DNA of 48,816 nucleotides, from the NCBI GenBank assembly GCA_016203135.1, contig JACQNI010000025.1, positions 1 through 48,816 of the forward strand, given 5' to 3'. Shown here in pieces: positions 1 to 9,322 of the stretch. Position 1 is the stretch's first letter; each line of letters opens with the position of its first letter. The translations under genes were made by a program, and so were the position numbers. Origin of the DNA: Candidatus Woesearchaeota archaeon. GTDB taxonomy: Archaea; Nanobdellota; Nanobdellia; SCGC-AAA011-G17; JACPNG01. The notes under the pieces were generated by a model. The model did not search any database and had not been told where the DNA came from. It was given only the letters and a program-made list of their open reading frames with translations.

Positions 1-362
1 CCTATAAACGCAGCAATAATCCCTATTTTTTTATTGTAAAACATTTTACCAATAAAATATATCAATAAAACCCCGAGTATTGAAAGCAAAAATTCAATTG
101 TTCTTACTGCAAACTCGCCATTTAATTTTAATTTATAAAATAAAAAGCCAATAAATGGAAGCAATAAGGGCCTTCCCCCAAACCAGCCTACATCAGGTAT
201 TAAACCAGCCCATATTTTAGAAATAAGCATATACTCTGCTTCATCCCACCATAAAGCTTGATTTCTTGTCAAGATAAAAAAATATAATCTTATAACAACC
301 GCTATTAAGATAGTTATCCAGAATAATTTACTTGAATTTTTTTCAAAAAAATCATCTTCCAT
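1..362 (-). CDS. GT-C superfamily integral-membrane glycosyltransferase (PMT_2/ArnT-like), N-terminal part only, runs off the window
   Basis: Absent from the ORF track because it is open at the window edge. The reverse strand from ATG 362..360 reads MEDDFFEKNSSKLFWITILIAVVIRLYFFILTRNQALWWDEAEYMLISKIWAGL... This is a TM helix followed by a WDEAEY loop typical of GT39/GT83-like enzymes. The start overlaps the epimerase gene end by 11 nt. Confidence 0.55.
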   Translation of the reverse strand, partial: MEDDFFEKNSSKLFWITILIAVVIRLYFFILTRNQALWWDEAEYMLISKIWAGLIPDVGWFGGRPLLLPFIGFLFYKLKLNGEFAVRTIEFLLSILGVLLIYFIGKMFYNKKIGIIAAFI

Positions 363-1275
363 TCTGATACCAAGAAATGGTCTTTTTTAAACCTTCTTCT
401 AAACTATATCTTGGTGTGAATTCTATTAATTCCATCATTTTTGAAACATCAGGAAATCTATGTTTTATATCCTCTCTACGGTTTCCAATATAGTCTGGTT
501 TTAAATCCTTTCCACATAATTCTATTATTATTTTAGCTAGATGTAAAATTGAAACAGGCATACCAGTACCAATGTTTATTACTTCTCCATCTGTTTTTTC
601 AGATTCCATGGCTTTGATTGTTGCTTCTATATTATCATTTATATAAACAAAGTCTCTCGTTTGTGAGCCATTGCCAAATATGGTTGGCCTTTCATTGTTT
701 AAAACTTGTTTTATAAATATCCCAACTACAAAACCATAGTCACTAGAATCTTGCCTTGGTCCATAAACATTAAAAAATCTTAATGAAGTTGTTTTTAAAC
801 CATATTTTTCATAATAAGCTTTTAAAAGATTTTCTCCAAATAGTTTTGTTACAGCATAGGGCATTTTTGCATTTAAATGTCCATCTTCCCTTTCAGGAAT
901 CTCAACAGGCTGGCCATATACTTCTGAAGAAGAAGCAAAAAGAACTTTTTCAACACTATATTTCCTGCTTAAATCTAAGACATTTTCTATTCCATGCACG
1001 TCTTCTAAAACTCCTATAGGATTCCTTAGAGTTCTTTTAACCCCAACTATTGCAGCATAATGAAAAACCCAGTCAAACCCATTTTTATCAAATATCCTTT
1101 CCAACCCATTTTTATCAAGAACATCTGCCTTGATGAATTTTATTTCGGGGTTTTGAATATTTTCTTTTTTTCCTGTGGATAAATTATCTAAACAGAATAC
1201 CTCATGATCCTTAGCCAAAGCCTCGCAAAGATGGCTTCCTACAAATCCAGCCCCTCCAGTAACCAAGCATTTCAT
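352..1275 (-). CDS. NAD-dependent sugar-nucleotide epimerase/dehydratase (extended SDR; UDP-glucuronate decarboxylase / UDP-glucose 4-epimerase-like)
   Basis: 307 aa. Rossmann motif TGGAGFVGSHL at the N-terminus and catalytic YxxxK (YAVTK). Confidence 0.9.
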   Translation of the reverse strand: MKCLVTGGAGFVGSHLCEALAKDHEVFCLDNLSTGKKENIQNPEIKFIKADVLDKNGLERIFDKNGFDWVFHYAAIVGVKRTLRNPIGVLEDVHGIENVLDLSRKYSVEKVLFASSSEVYGQPVEIPEREDGHLNAKMPYAVTKLFGENLLKAYYEKYGLKTTSLRFFNVYGPRQDSSDYGFVVGIFIKQVLNNERPTIFGNGSQTRDFVYINDNIEATIKAMESEKTDGEVINIGTGMPVSILHLAKIIIELCGKDLKPDYIGNRREDIKHRFPDVSKMMELIEFTPRYSLEEGLKKTISWYQNGR

Positions 1276-1335
1276 TTTATCAAGAAAAAACAGATAATAA
1301 TTAAAGCTATTGGGATGCCATATCAGTAGCTACAT

Positions 1336-1977
1336 TTATTTTTCTAGTACTGCAAGTATATTCGCACCACAATCCTTCAATCTATATTTTAAATCATGTC
1401 TTTTAAACAATCTTATTAAATCATATTTTTTATAAAAATATACAGGACAATTCCTAAAATAAAGCCATGTTTTTCTTATTGGCGCTTGTGGTGTAAATAG
1501 TTTTGGAAATGATATTATAAACTTTTTTTTTGTAATTTGTTTCATGTTATCAATCAAAACATTTAGTTCTTGCTTATTTGTATAATCTGCAAAGCCAATT
1601 GCAAAGGAATAATCAAATTTATTTTTAAAGTTAGAATTAAGAAAATTTGTTGTTAAAAATTTTATGTTTCTAGCGTTTAACTTTTCAGAGTTTTTTTTAG
1701 CTTCCTGTATCATTTCTTTAGATATGTCTATAGCAGTCACTTTAGCTCCCATCTTTGAAAGAATTATTGAATAATGCCCTGGGCCGCAGCCAATATCCAA
1801 GACAGTTTTATTTTTAACATCATTTTTTATTTCATCAATAGTATACTTCATTCTTTTTTGCAAGGTTTTTTCCCTAAAAACCTTGTTTATAATTCTATCA
1901 ATAAAAGTTTTCTCCTCTTTATAATGCAAGTCAAATTCTTTTGCAATCCTGTCAAAGTAATTTTCAACCTTATTCAT
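1336..1977 (-). CDS. class I SAM-dependent methyltransferase
   Basis: 213 aa. SAM-binding motif I VLDIGCGPGHYS followed by an acidic residue (AIDIS). Confidence 0.8.
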   Translation of the reverse strand: MNKVENYFDRIAKEFDLHYKEEKTFIDRIINKVFREKTLQKRMKYTIDEIKNDVKNKTVLDIGCGPGHYSIILSKMGAKVTAIDISKEMIQEAKKNSEKLNARNIKFLTTNFLNSNFKNKFDYSFAIGFADYTNKQELNVLIDNMKQITKKKFIISFPKLFTPQAPIRKTWLYFRNCPVYFYKKYDLIRLFKRHDLKYRLKDCGANILAVLEK

Positions 1978-2794
1978 TTAGATCATCCTCAAAGCTGTGG
2001 AATTTATATCTGTTTAATAGATACTCTATTCTTTTCAGTGTATTTTTAATGTTATAATATGTTATGAACCTGTTTTTAATCGGAGCTTTTATTCTTGGTA
2101 TATTGTTGTTTGTTTCCCATGGATGAAAATATAGGTTTATTTTCCTATTTTCTTTATTTAATTTTTTAATGATCTTATTAGTTAAAATCAATGGATAAGT
2201 TCTTAGGTAAAAGCCTCCTGGCCCTGGAAGGTTAATGCCTAAAACATTTACAATGCTTAATGGATATTCCTTTATTTTTCCTCCATCAGTAACAAGATCA
2301 TTTTTATTTGGATAATAAGGGTTTAAAGGAGCCCCAGGCAGGCCATATAGCGGAGTTTTCATAGGAAAGATGCTTGAGTCATAAACATACTTTAACTCTT
2401 CTAATACATCAAAAGCCCATGCAGTCTTTTTATCTATTGAGAAATATGGAGCCCTAAAACCCTTTATATTTTTCTTTGTAATTTTCTTAACAGCTTTATT
2501 TGTTTTTTCCAGTTCCTCTTTAAAAGTTTCCTTGTTTAAATTCCATAAAGGAGTGTGAGTAAAACCATGTGAAGCAATATCATGATTATTTTCATTTATC
2601 ATCTCTATTGCTTCTGGCTCTTTTACTGCCACATCCCCTAAGATAAAAAAAGTAGCCCTTGTATTATGCTTATCTAGCAAATCTAGTATCGGCTTTATTG
2701 ATTCCTTTGACAACTTTACAGGATTTTTCTCATAGTCCCTTATATATGCAGAATGATAATAGTCTTCTACATCTATAGAAATTAAATTTTTCAT
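1970..2794 (-). CDS. polysaccharide deacetylase (NodB/CE4 family)
   Basis: ISIDVEDYYH and HGFTH motifs. The track ORF begins at TTG 2878. ATG 2794 gives an ATGA overlap with the upstream small ORF and starts directly at the conserved domain. Confidence 0.75.
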   Translation of the reverse strand: MKNLISIDVEDYYHSAYIRDYEKNPVKLSKESIKPILDLLDKHNTRATFFILGDVAVKEPEAIEMINENNHDIASHGFTHTPLWNLNKETFKEELEKTNKAVKKITKKNIKGFRAPYFSIDKKTAWAFDVLEELKYVYDSSIFPMKTPLYGLPGAPLNPYYPNKNDLVTDGGKIKEYPLSIVNVLGINLPGPGGFYLRTYPLILTNKIIKKLNKENRKINLYFHPWETNNNIPRIKAPIKNRFITYYNIKNTLKRIEYLLNRYKFHSFEDDLNE

Positions 2795-2973
2795 TTTAAT
2801 ATGTACGCCTTTAAGACAATTATTGTATCTACTATTAGTCCTAAGGTTGCTATAATAATTAAAACTATCGGAATCCAATTTGATAAAGGCTTGTTTTGAT
2901 AAATTAATATGCTAACATATAAAATAAATAAAAATACAGGTATTCCAAAGACATCAAAAAATTCTGGTTTCAT
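2791..2973 (-). CDS. small two-helix membrane protein, unknown function
   Basis: 60 aa with two hydrophobic segments. Overlap-coupled to the genes on both sides. Confidence 0.4.
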   Translation of the reverse strand: MKPEFFDVFGIPVFLFILYVSILIYQNKPLSNWIPIVLIIIATLGLIVDTIIVLKAYILK

Positions 2974-3305
2974 TTTTTCTTTGCTTCTTTAAGTGCAGTC
3001 TCTTCCACTATTTCTTCTATCTTTTTCCTGTTCTCATTTATCGAGTAATTAAGCAAGAATATAACTATAAATATTATTAATATTGCCACAATTACAAATA
3101 AGTCAAAAGTCCTTATATTTAAAAATAAAGTTGCTACCCTTTCTATTACCTTGAACAATAATATTCCAGCTATAAGAATAATCCAGACAGAAGACCATAT
3201 CATAAATCCAAGGTAATTTAATTTCTTCTTTCTGAATTGGTTAAATGTCAATAATAACATTACAATTCCAAATATTATTATTAAAACATGAGTTAATCTG
3301 ATCAT
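2970..3305 (-). CDS. small membrane protein resembling the DUF2304 partner of Dpm1-like GT2 enzymes
   Basis: 111 aa with three TM helices and a charged K/E tail. It lies immediately downstream of, and overlaps, a GT2 gene. Confidence 0.45.
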   Translation of the reverse strand: MIRLTHVLIIIFGIVMLLLTFNQFRKKKLNYLGFMIWSSVWIILIAGILLFKVIERVATLFLNIRTFDLFVIVAILIIFIVIFLLNYSINENRKKIEEIVEETALKEAKKK

Positions 3306-3961
3306 TTCTTAATCCTCCATTTCAGCATTGAAATAGTTGCCCTTACCGCATCCCTTTTTCTCATTCCAAAGTTTTTATCAACATAAATAGTCTTCACTTC
3401 AACTTCTTTGCATCTTAATCCATTTTTTGCCACATTGACAGCAAATTCTGTTACAACACCATACCTTGATGAAGACCATCTTATCATTGGATAAGCCTTT
3501 GATGTAAAGGCATGGTATCCTGTCTGGGTATCTTTTACCTTTGAGTTAAATAAAATCTTTGCTATGAACGATAATCCCCAGTTTCCAAGCCTTCTTATCT
3601 TAGGCATGTTTTCGTTTCTAGGTCTTGAGCCAAAAACAATGTCTAAATTATATTCTTGAAGCGTTTTTAATAATTTTGGAATTTCTTCAGGATCATGCTG
3701 GCCATCTGCATCCAAAGTTATTATAATATCTGCCCTGTTTTTCATTGCCAAATCACATCCTACCCTTGTTGCAAAACCCGCCCCCATATTTGAAATCAGT
3801 CTTATCGCTTTTGCCCCTGCTTTTTTGGCTGTCTCATATGTATTATCCCTTGAATGATCATCTACAACTATAACCTCATCTACAAACCTTTTGGTTTTTT
3901 TGATGACTGGCTCTATCCTTTTTGATTCATTAAATGCCGGAATTACTGCTATTATTTTCAT
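3302..3961 (-). CDS. GT2 glycosyltransferase, dolichyl-phosphate hexose synthase (Dpm1)-like
   Basis: 219 aa. GT-A motifs AVIPAFNES, VVDDHSRDNT and DADGQHDP. Confidence 0.85.
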   Translation of the reverse strand: MKIIAVIPAFNESKRIEPVIKKTKRFVDEVIVVDDHSRDNTYETAKKAGAKAIRLISNMGAGFATRVGCDLAMKNRADIIITLDADGQHDPEEIPKLLKTLQEYNLDIVFGSRPRNENMPKIRRLGNWGLSFIAKILFNSKVKDTQTGYHAFTSKAYPMIRWSSSRYGVVTEFAVNVAKNGLRCKEVEVKTIYVDKNFGMRKRDAVRATISMLKWRIKK

Positions 3962-4419
3962 TTCTTTAGATATTTCACAATTTGATTAGCGATTTTTTCT
4001 TTTTCCTTTTCAGTAAACTTTAATATCTCTTTTTTAGTAAATACATCGATAAAATCCTGACCAACAGATCTATAAAATGGGATAATATGAAAATGAAAAT
4101 GTGAAATTAAGCCACCTGTTTGGACTAGAACAATTCTTTTTGGTTTAAATGCCTTTTTAATAGCTTTCGCTATATTATATAAGACTGATTGAAATTCAAT
4201 ATGCTCCTTAAGAGATAATTCTGTAACATCTTCAATATGTTTTTTAGTTCCTAAAATAGTATACCCTTCTGTTGGAGGATATTTATCTAATATTGCTATA
4301 AAATTTTTATCTTGATAGATAACTGGTTCTTTATTAAGTTCTGGCTTACATAAGAAACAATTTTTACCTTTCTTAATTGGTTTGATTTCTTTTCCTATAT
4401 TAAATTTTATCCTTTTCAT
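3958..4419 (-). CDS. HIT (histidine triad) family nucleotide hydrolase/transferase
   Basis: 153 aa. Histidine triad HFHFHIIP plus an N-terminal CFLC. Confidence 0.8.
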   Translation of the reverse strand: MKRIKFNIGKEIKPIKKGKNCFLCKPELNKEPVIYQDKNFIAILDKYPPTEGYTILGTKKHIEDVTELSLKEHIEFQSVLYNIAKAIKKAFKPKRIVLVQTGGLISHFHFHIIPFYRSVGQDFIDVFTKKEILKFTEKEKEKIANQIVKYLKK

Positions 4420-5897
4420 TTTTCCCTTATATTCTGTAAGTCATAAATCCAGTAAACTTCCTGGTCTTTTAAAATTAACTTTTCATTAGGCTCATATTTT
4501 GCGGTTAATTGATCTATTTGAGCTTGAAATTGATTCCCTCCTTTAGGATCTACTATTAAATATCTTACTGCTCTATTATTTGGGGTGAATAAAACAACCT
4601 TCTCTTCTAGATTTGGATCTCTTCCAAATTGCTGCCTAAATGCAAGATAAAAATTCCAGTCCTCTAGGCCTTGCTCCGGCCTGGAATAAAAAAATAATTC
4701 TGCAGGCTGTAAAATAAATGTTTCATTATCATTCATCATTGAATTCATTAAATTTCCTAGATCTTTTGCTGCATATGTTGACAATGCCGGATTACAACCA
4801 GTTTCTGATATTTTACATATCAATGGGTTTGCATAAGCAAAATATGGCGATGTCGAAAAGGCAACATAAAAAGAATAAGCAATATAGATTATTATAAATA
4901 CAAAAAATGCAATTCTTTTCTTTTCTTTGAATAAGTTTAGTATTGAATAATTTCTACTTGAAAAGGTTAAAGCCATTAAAAAGATAAAAGAGAATAAATA
5001 AGGAAGTGCAACCCTTGTAAAATGCAAGGCCTTGAAGAATACAAATGCAATTATTAACAAGCATACATAGTATAGTATGAATTTTTCTTCAGTTGTTTTT
5101 TTATTAATTATAAGGTAACCTAAAGTATAGAGGGATATTAAAAAAAGAGCTAGTTCTATTAGGTTTAATTCATAAAGGAAATTATTTATCAAAAAGCTAA
5201 AAATATTCAAGTTAAAGCTGATTCCAGATTCCATTGGACTATGGCTTTTATATGTCTGATAAACATCAAAAACATTTCCCAAGCTAAATTGAAACGGCAA
5301 TAAAAAGAAGAATGCAAAGATGATGCCAAATAATGCAATCAGCTTGATAAAATTCATTATGTTTGCGTTTTCTACATGAAAATCTAGATTTAATAATTTA
5401 TTAAGAATAAGTTTTATCTCTTGTAAATATTTTTCTCCAATTATGAATAGGTCAAATAACAAAAACAAGCCGAAAGACAATTTTGTTGCCCCCGCAAGAG
5501 CTATCGATATAGCGCTTAAGCCAAAAAACACTTTTTCTTTTTTAGAGTATTTTTCAGCCCTATAAGTTTCGTAGATGAAATAAAGATTTAATGCTAGAAA
5601 AAACCATAGAATTATGTCTACATGAATATATCTGCTATAGTTTAAAGTAAATGTATTAAAAGCAAAGAAGGTAGTTACAAATAAGGCAGAATATCTGTCT
5701 AGAATTGCAAAGGCAAGTAAAGACATAATAATAAAAAAGAAAAAACCAAGAACAAACATTGGCAACTGGCAAAAGTTTTGTGCCTTGACTATTTCCCTCC
5801 CAACTAGGTCTTCCCTTCCAGGATAAAACATTGGCTTTATCTCTGATACCTTAGAAAAATCCTCTCCAGATAATAAACAAGACAAGCCAATTATCAT
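4416..5897 (-). CDS. GT-C type polytopic membrane glycosyltransferase (ArnT/PMT_2-like); the true N-terminus probably lies further upstream
   Basis: 493 aa from ATG 5897, with many TM helices and a C-terminal soluble domain. The frame stays open 84 more codons, up to 6149, and encodes TM1 and an EPPLGH loop (see finding). Confidence 0.65.
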   Translation of the reverse strand: MIIGLSCLLSGEDFSKVSEIKPMFYPGREDLVGREIVKAQNFCQLPMFVLGFFFFIIMSLLAFAILDRYSALFVTTFFAFNTFTLNYSRYIHVDIILWFFLALNLYFIYETYRAEKYSKKEKVFFGLSAISIALAGATKLSFGLFLLFDLFIIGEKYLQEIKLILNKLLNLDFHVENANIMNFIKLIALFGIIFAFFFLLPFQFSLGNVFDVYQTYKSHSPMESGISFNLNIFSFLINNFLYELNLIELALFLISLYTLGYLIINKKTTEEKFILYYVCLLIIAFVFFKALHFTRVALPYLFSFIFLMALTFSSRNYSILNLFKEKKRIAFFVFIIIYIAYSFYVAFSTSPYFAYANPLICKISETGCNPALSTYAAKDLGNLMNSMMNDNETFILQPAELFFYSRPEQGLEDWNFYLAFRQQFGRDPNLEEKVVLFTPNNRAVRYLIVDPKGGNQFQAQIDQLTAKYEPNEKLILKDQEVYWIYDLQNIREK

Positions 5898-6156
5898 GTG
5901 CCCTAAAGGTGGCTCTCCTTGGCTGGATATTCCTGGAAAATAATCATGGGGGTAAAACCATAACAGTCCAGAAGGGATTATTGCCTTTGTATCTCCAGTA
6001 TAACTGGTGCTAGAATAATCCTGAAATCTTATAAAAGTCCCTAATAACAGAACTATAATCAGGATTATTAAAAGAAATTTATCTTGTTTTAATCTTTCTA
6101 GGAAAACGATTTTAACCCCTGTTATGCTTTTCTTGAATAGTTTAAATATTTATCTT

Positions 6157-7374
6157 TTATATATCCTTTTTAACTAAGTCATAGACCATATCTGGAGTTA
6201 TTACTTGTACACATTTATTGTCATTACAAGGGGAGTTTCTGTCATTAAAGGCAGATAAACAAGGAGAACAAGATAAATTTGCAAACAAGACAGTTATATT
6301 ATTTCCTAGAGGCTTGTATATTACCGGAGTTTCTGGTCCAAAAAACACATAGGTTTTTACATTAGACAATGAAGCAAAATGAGCTGGTCCAGAATCAGCT
6401 GTAACAAACAATTTTGATATATGGTATAAACTAACAAGCTCTTTTAAAGTAGTTTTATTTACTAACTCTATGCATCTTTCGTGTGGTAGTAGATTATGAA
6501 ATTTAGAGGTTATGCTCTCATCAAAATCTCCATAACCAGTAGTTACTATAAATACATCCTTGTCTTTAAGTAATTTTTTTGCCAGTTCTACATAATGCTC
6601 TGTAGGCCATGTTCTCCAATGCAATAAATTTCCTGAGCTGGGATTAAATATCACTATTTTATTTTTTTCTGTTATCATTGGATTTATTTGTTTAAGTTTG
6701 TTAAAAATATTTTTTTTATCTTCCTGGGTTATGCTTATTTTTGGCAATATTACTTCATCTTTTGAGATAACCCTTTTCGTTAATGGATATTCTCCAGGAG
6801 GGGCTATTAATGAATATACCAAAGAAAGATAGTTTAAGGAGATATGATTATATTGATTGTATAACACATTATGAGTCTGGAAATTTCCACGATAAAGTCC
6901 TTCTGAATAAAAATTATTATAGCCAACCCTTATTTTTGCCCCTGATAGATAAGTCATTATGCTAGAAAATCTGGCAAACAACTCTAAATCTAAAGCAACA
7001 TCTATTTTTTCTTTCCTCAGTCTCAAAGTTGCTTTAAATATATCAAAGAAAAAAGGAATTAATGACCTGTTTGTTATAGTTATTATCTTATCATTGTCTA
7101 TAGTATCAAGAATTCTTATGCTTTCAGCATTTTCCTTGAATATCAAGAAATAGATTTCTGCTTTTTGGAATAGTTGCCTTGCTTTTTGTATTGAGCTATA
7201 TGCCGGAATTGTTGATCCCATTTCTGAAAGTTCTATGAATAATATTTTTTTGATGTCTTTCGGCTTTTTCTGCAAACCAAGAAGCTTGCTAATTCTATAT
7301 ATCTGAGTAACTAAAAAACATAATGGAATTCCAGCTACTTTGTCTATTATTCTTATCAGTCTTAAAGGAATCAT
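6157..7374 (-). CDS. GT9 family glycosyltransferase (heptosyltransferase-like)
   Basis: 405 aa. GT9 signature VTADSGPAHFASL and a C-terminal CSPC..C..C cluster. Confidence 0.75.
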   Translation of the reverse strand: MIPLRLIRIIDKVAGIPLCFLVTQIYRISKLLGLQKKPKDIKKILFIELSEMGSTIPAYSSIQKARQLFQKAEIYFLIFKENAESIRILDTIDNDKIITITNRSLIPFFFDIFKATLRLRKEKIDVALDLELFARFSSIMTYLSGAKIRVGYNNFYSEGLYRGNFQTHNVLYNQYNHISLNYLSLVYSLIAPPGEYPLTKRVISKDEVILPKISITQEDKKNIFNKLKQINPMITEKNKIVIFNPSSGNLLHWRTWPTEHYVELAKKLLKDKDVFIVTTGYGDFDESITSKFHNLLPHERCIELVNKTTLKELVSLYHISKLFVTADSGPAHFASLSNVKTYVFFGPETPVIYKPLGNNITVLFANLSCSPCLSAFNDRNSPCNDNKCVQVITPDMVYDLVKKDI

Positions 7375-7399
7375 TTCAAGTTGTTATTAAGAAAATTAT

Positions 7400-8116
7400 T
7401 TAAATATTCTTATATGAAGTTGGATCTTTGATATTTGCCCAGTAAAAAGCCTGTTTTCTTTGAATGCAGTTTGAGCATATTCCGCAATGAACTAGCCTGT
7501 TTTTGATCAATTTAGATCCAATATAGCAGCTATAAGTAGATTCAAAAGGCAAATTTAAGTTATAAGCTATTTTGACTATTTCATCTTTATCTAGGTCAAT
7601 CAAAGGAGCAATTATTTTGTACTTGCCGTGATGGGTTGAATGAATTGCTAATTTATTAAATTCTTGGATAAATTCTTTAGTTGTATCCTTCATTGGAATT
7701 TTTCCTTCATGTTTTAAGCCTATATAAATTTCATACTTTTCTTTTTTAGATAAAAATTCTGATTCTGCATGTGCCAATGCTATTGCTAAAAAAATAGTGT
7801 TCCTAGATGGAACCCACCAGTTAAGCAAATGTTTTTTTTCACTAGCAATATTTCTTGGATTTGTCTCTGGAATCTTGCCCTTTTTATTAACAAGTGATTG
7901 GCTTATATTACCTAGCCATTTTAAATCTATTTTTTTAAATTCTGCTTTTACTTTTTGGCTTAAATTCCTAGCAGATAATTCCTCTTCTTTTAATGCAAGC
8001 TGGTCATAGTCAATAAAAAGGCAGATTATTTTTTTAGGCTTTAACTTATTTTTTACATAGTATAATGTAGTTGCACTATCCAAGCCTCCTGACAATAAAA
8101 CTAGGGCATTTTTCAT
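7400..8116 (-). CDS. queC: 7-cyano-7-deazaguanine synthase QueC (archaeosine/preQ0 pathway)
   Basis: 238 aa. PP-loop LLSGGLDS and a C-terminal zinc motif CGICSNC. Confidence 0.85.
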   Translation of the reverse strand: MKNALVLLSGGLDSATTLYYVKNKLKPKKIICLFIDYDQLALKEEELSARNLSQKVKAEFKKIDLKWLGNISQSLVNKKGKIPETNPRNIASEKKHLLNWWVPSRNTIFLAIALAHAESEFLSKKEKYEIYIGLKHEGKIPMKDTTKEFIQEFNKLAIHSTHHGKYKIIAPLIDLDKDEIVKIAYNLNLPFESTYSCYIGSKLIKNRLVHCGICSNCIQRKQAFYWANIKDPTSYKNI

Positions 8117-8137
8117 AATAATTAGAAATAAAGAAAA

Positions 8138-8145
8138 TTTATAAA
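8138..8145. promoter_or_regulatory. palindromic TATA box TTTATAAA shared by divergent queC and aIF5A genes
   Basis: Centred about 25 nt from both start codons (8116 and 8167) in a 50-nt intergenic gap. A purine-rich GAAAA (BRE-like) stretch sits on its left. Confidence 0.4.
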
Positions 8146-8166
8146 GATAATTGAGTTTTAAGCAAT

Positions 8167-8361
8167 ATGGATAAAAAAGCTAAAGACCTCAAAAAGGGAG
8201 ATAAGATAACCTTAGATAATGAAAAGTTCATCGTAGAAAAAGTAGAAGTATCTAAGCTTGGAAAACATGGAAAAAGCAAATGCAGGCTTGAGCTAAAAGA
8301 CAAGAAAGGCAGCATAAAAATAGCCATAACACTCGCTGATGATGTATTTAAGCTTGAGTAG
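8167..8361 (+). CDS. eif5a: translation initiation factor 5A, N-terminal (hypusine-loop) domain only
   Basis: 64 aa. VSKLGKHGKSKCRLEL matches the aIF5A/eIF5A hypusination loop S-K-x-G-K-H-G-x-A-K. There is no C-terminal OB domain; TAG at 8359 is followed by the next gene. Confidence 0.7.
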   Translation: MDKKAKDLKKGDKITLDNEKFIVEKVEVSKLGKHGKSKCRLELKDKKGSIKIAITLADDVFKLE

Positions 8362-8395
8362 AAACTTTTAAAAGAATATTTCTTATTGAGTAATT

Positions 8396-9322
8396 ATGAT
8401 ATATGTAATAATAAATGCTTATGGTGAGCCAAAATCTACAGAGAAAGCAATAAACTGTTTTCTAAAGCAAAATATTAAAGATATTAAAATAATTGTTGTA
8501 GATCCATTTCCAGAAGTAAGGGAATATATTAAAGATAAGTTTAAAGGAAATAAGCACATAGGTTTCTTTCTCGATCCTGGAGAAGGAAAGAACTATTCTA
8601 TAAATTTGATCTTAAATAATATTTATAGTAATGATAAAAACGATATAATAATATTTACAGATGGAGACGTTTATGTTGATGATAATTCTGTAAATGAGAT
8701 TTTAAAATTATTTGAAGACCCTAAAGTTGGCTGTGTCTCTGGTAGGCCTATTTCTACAAATGACAGAAATAATTTTTTTGGATATATAAGCCATTTTTTA
8801 TGTGACATAGCAGCTCACGAAATTTCAAGAAGAAAAAAGGCAAAAAAAGAAGAATTTTTAGAAGCTAGTGGTTATTTATTTGCCATAAGAAATGGAGTAG
8901 TAAAAGAGATTCCATTAGATGTGGCTGAAGATTCAATAATTCCTTATTATTTCTGGAAAAAAGGATATAAAATCGGCTATGCTGAAAACGCACTTGTTTA
9001 TGTGAAATGGCCAGATAATTTAAATGATTGGATAAAGCAAAAGAAAAGGACAGCTAACTCCCATAGCAAGCTAAAGAACTATGCCCCAGATTTTCCTAAA
9101 GTAAAGTCATTTTACAATGAGATTTTTAAAGGTATTTTCTCTTTTAAAGAAGTCTGGAGTTATCCAAAAAACTTAAGAGAATTTTTCTATACAATTATGT
9201 TGTATCCATTAAGGCTTTATATGTGGATGTCTTTATACAAAGATTTGATCACTAAAAATAAGGAATATAAAGATGGATGGAGAGAAGACCTAGAAGTTGG
9301 GTCAACCAAGACGCTTGACTAA
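8396..9322 (+). CDS. GT2 family glycosyltransferase
   Basis: 308 aa. VIINAYGEP...IIVVDP and FTDGDVYVD (DxD) in a GT-A fold pattern. Confidence 0.75.
   Translation: MIYVIINAYGEPKSTEKAINCFLKQNIKDIKIIVVDPFPEVREYIKDKFKGNKHIGFFLDPGEGKNYSINLILNNIYSNDKNDIIIFTDGDVYVDDNSVNEILKLFEDPKVGCVSGRPISTNDRNNFFGYISHFLCDIAAHEISRRKKAKKEEFLEASGYLFAIRNGVVKEIPLDVAEDSIIPYYFWKKGYKIGYAENALVYVKWPDNLNDWIKQKKRTANSHSKLKNYAPDFPKVKSFYNEIFKGIFSFKEVWSYPKNLREFFYTIMLYPLRLYMWMSLYKDLITKNKEYKDGWREDLEVGSTKTLD

Noticed and set aside
8139-8327. 62-aa minus-strand ORF antisense to aIF5A
   Set aside because: Low-complexity Leu/Ser/Phe shadow ORF fully inside a gene with a recognisable conserved motif on the other strand.
8330-8400. TGATGA (C-box-like) sequence at the end of the aIF5A gene as a possible C/D box sRNA
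   Set aside because: No matching D box (CTGA) at the appropriate distance and no terminal stem. The motif lies within coding sequence.
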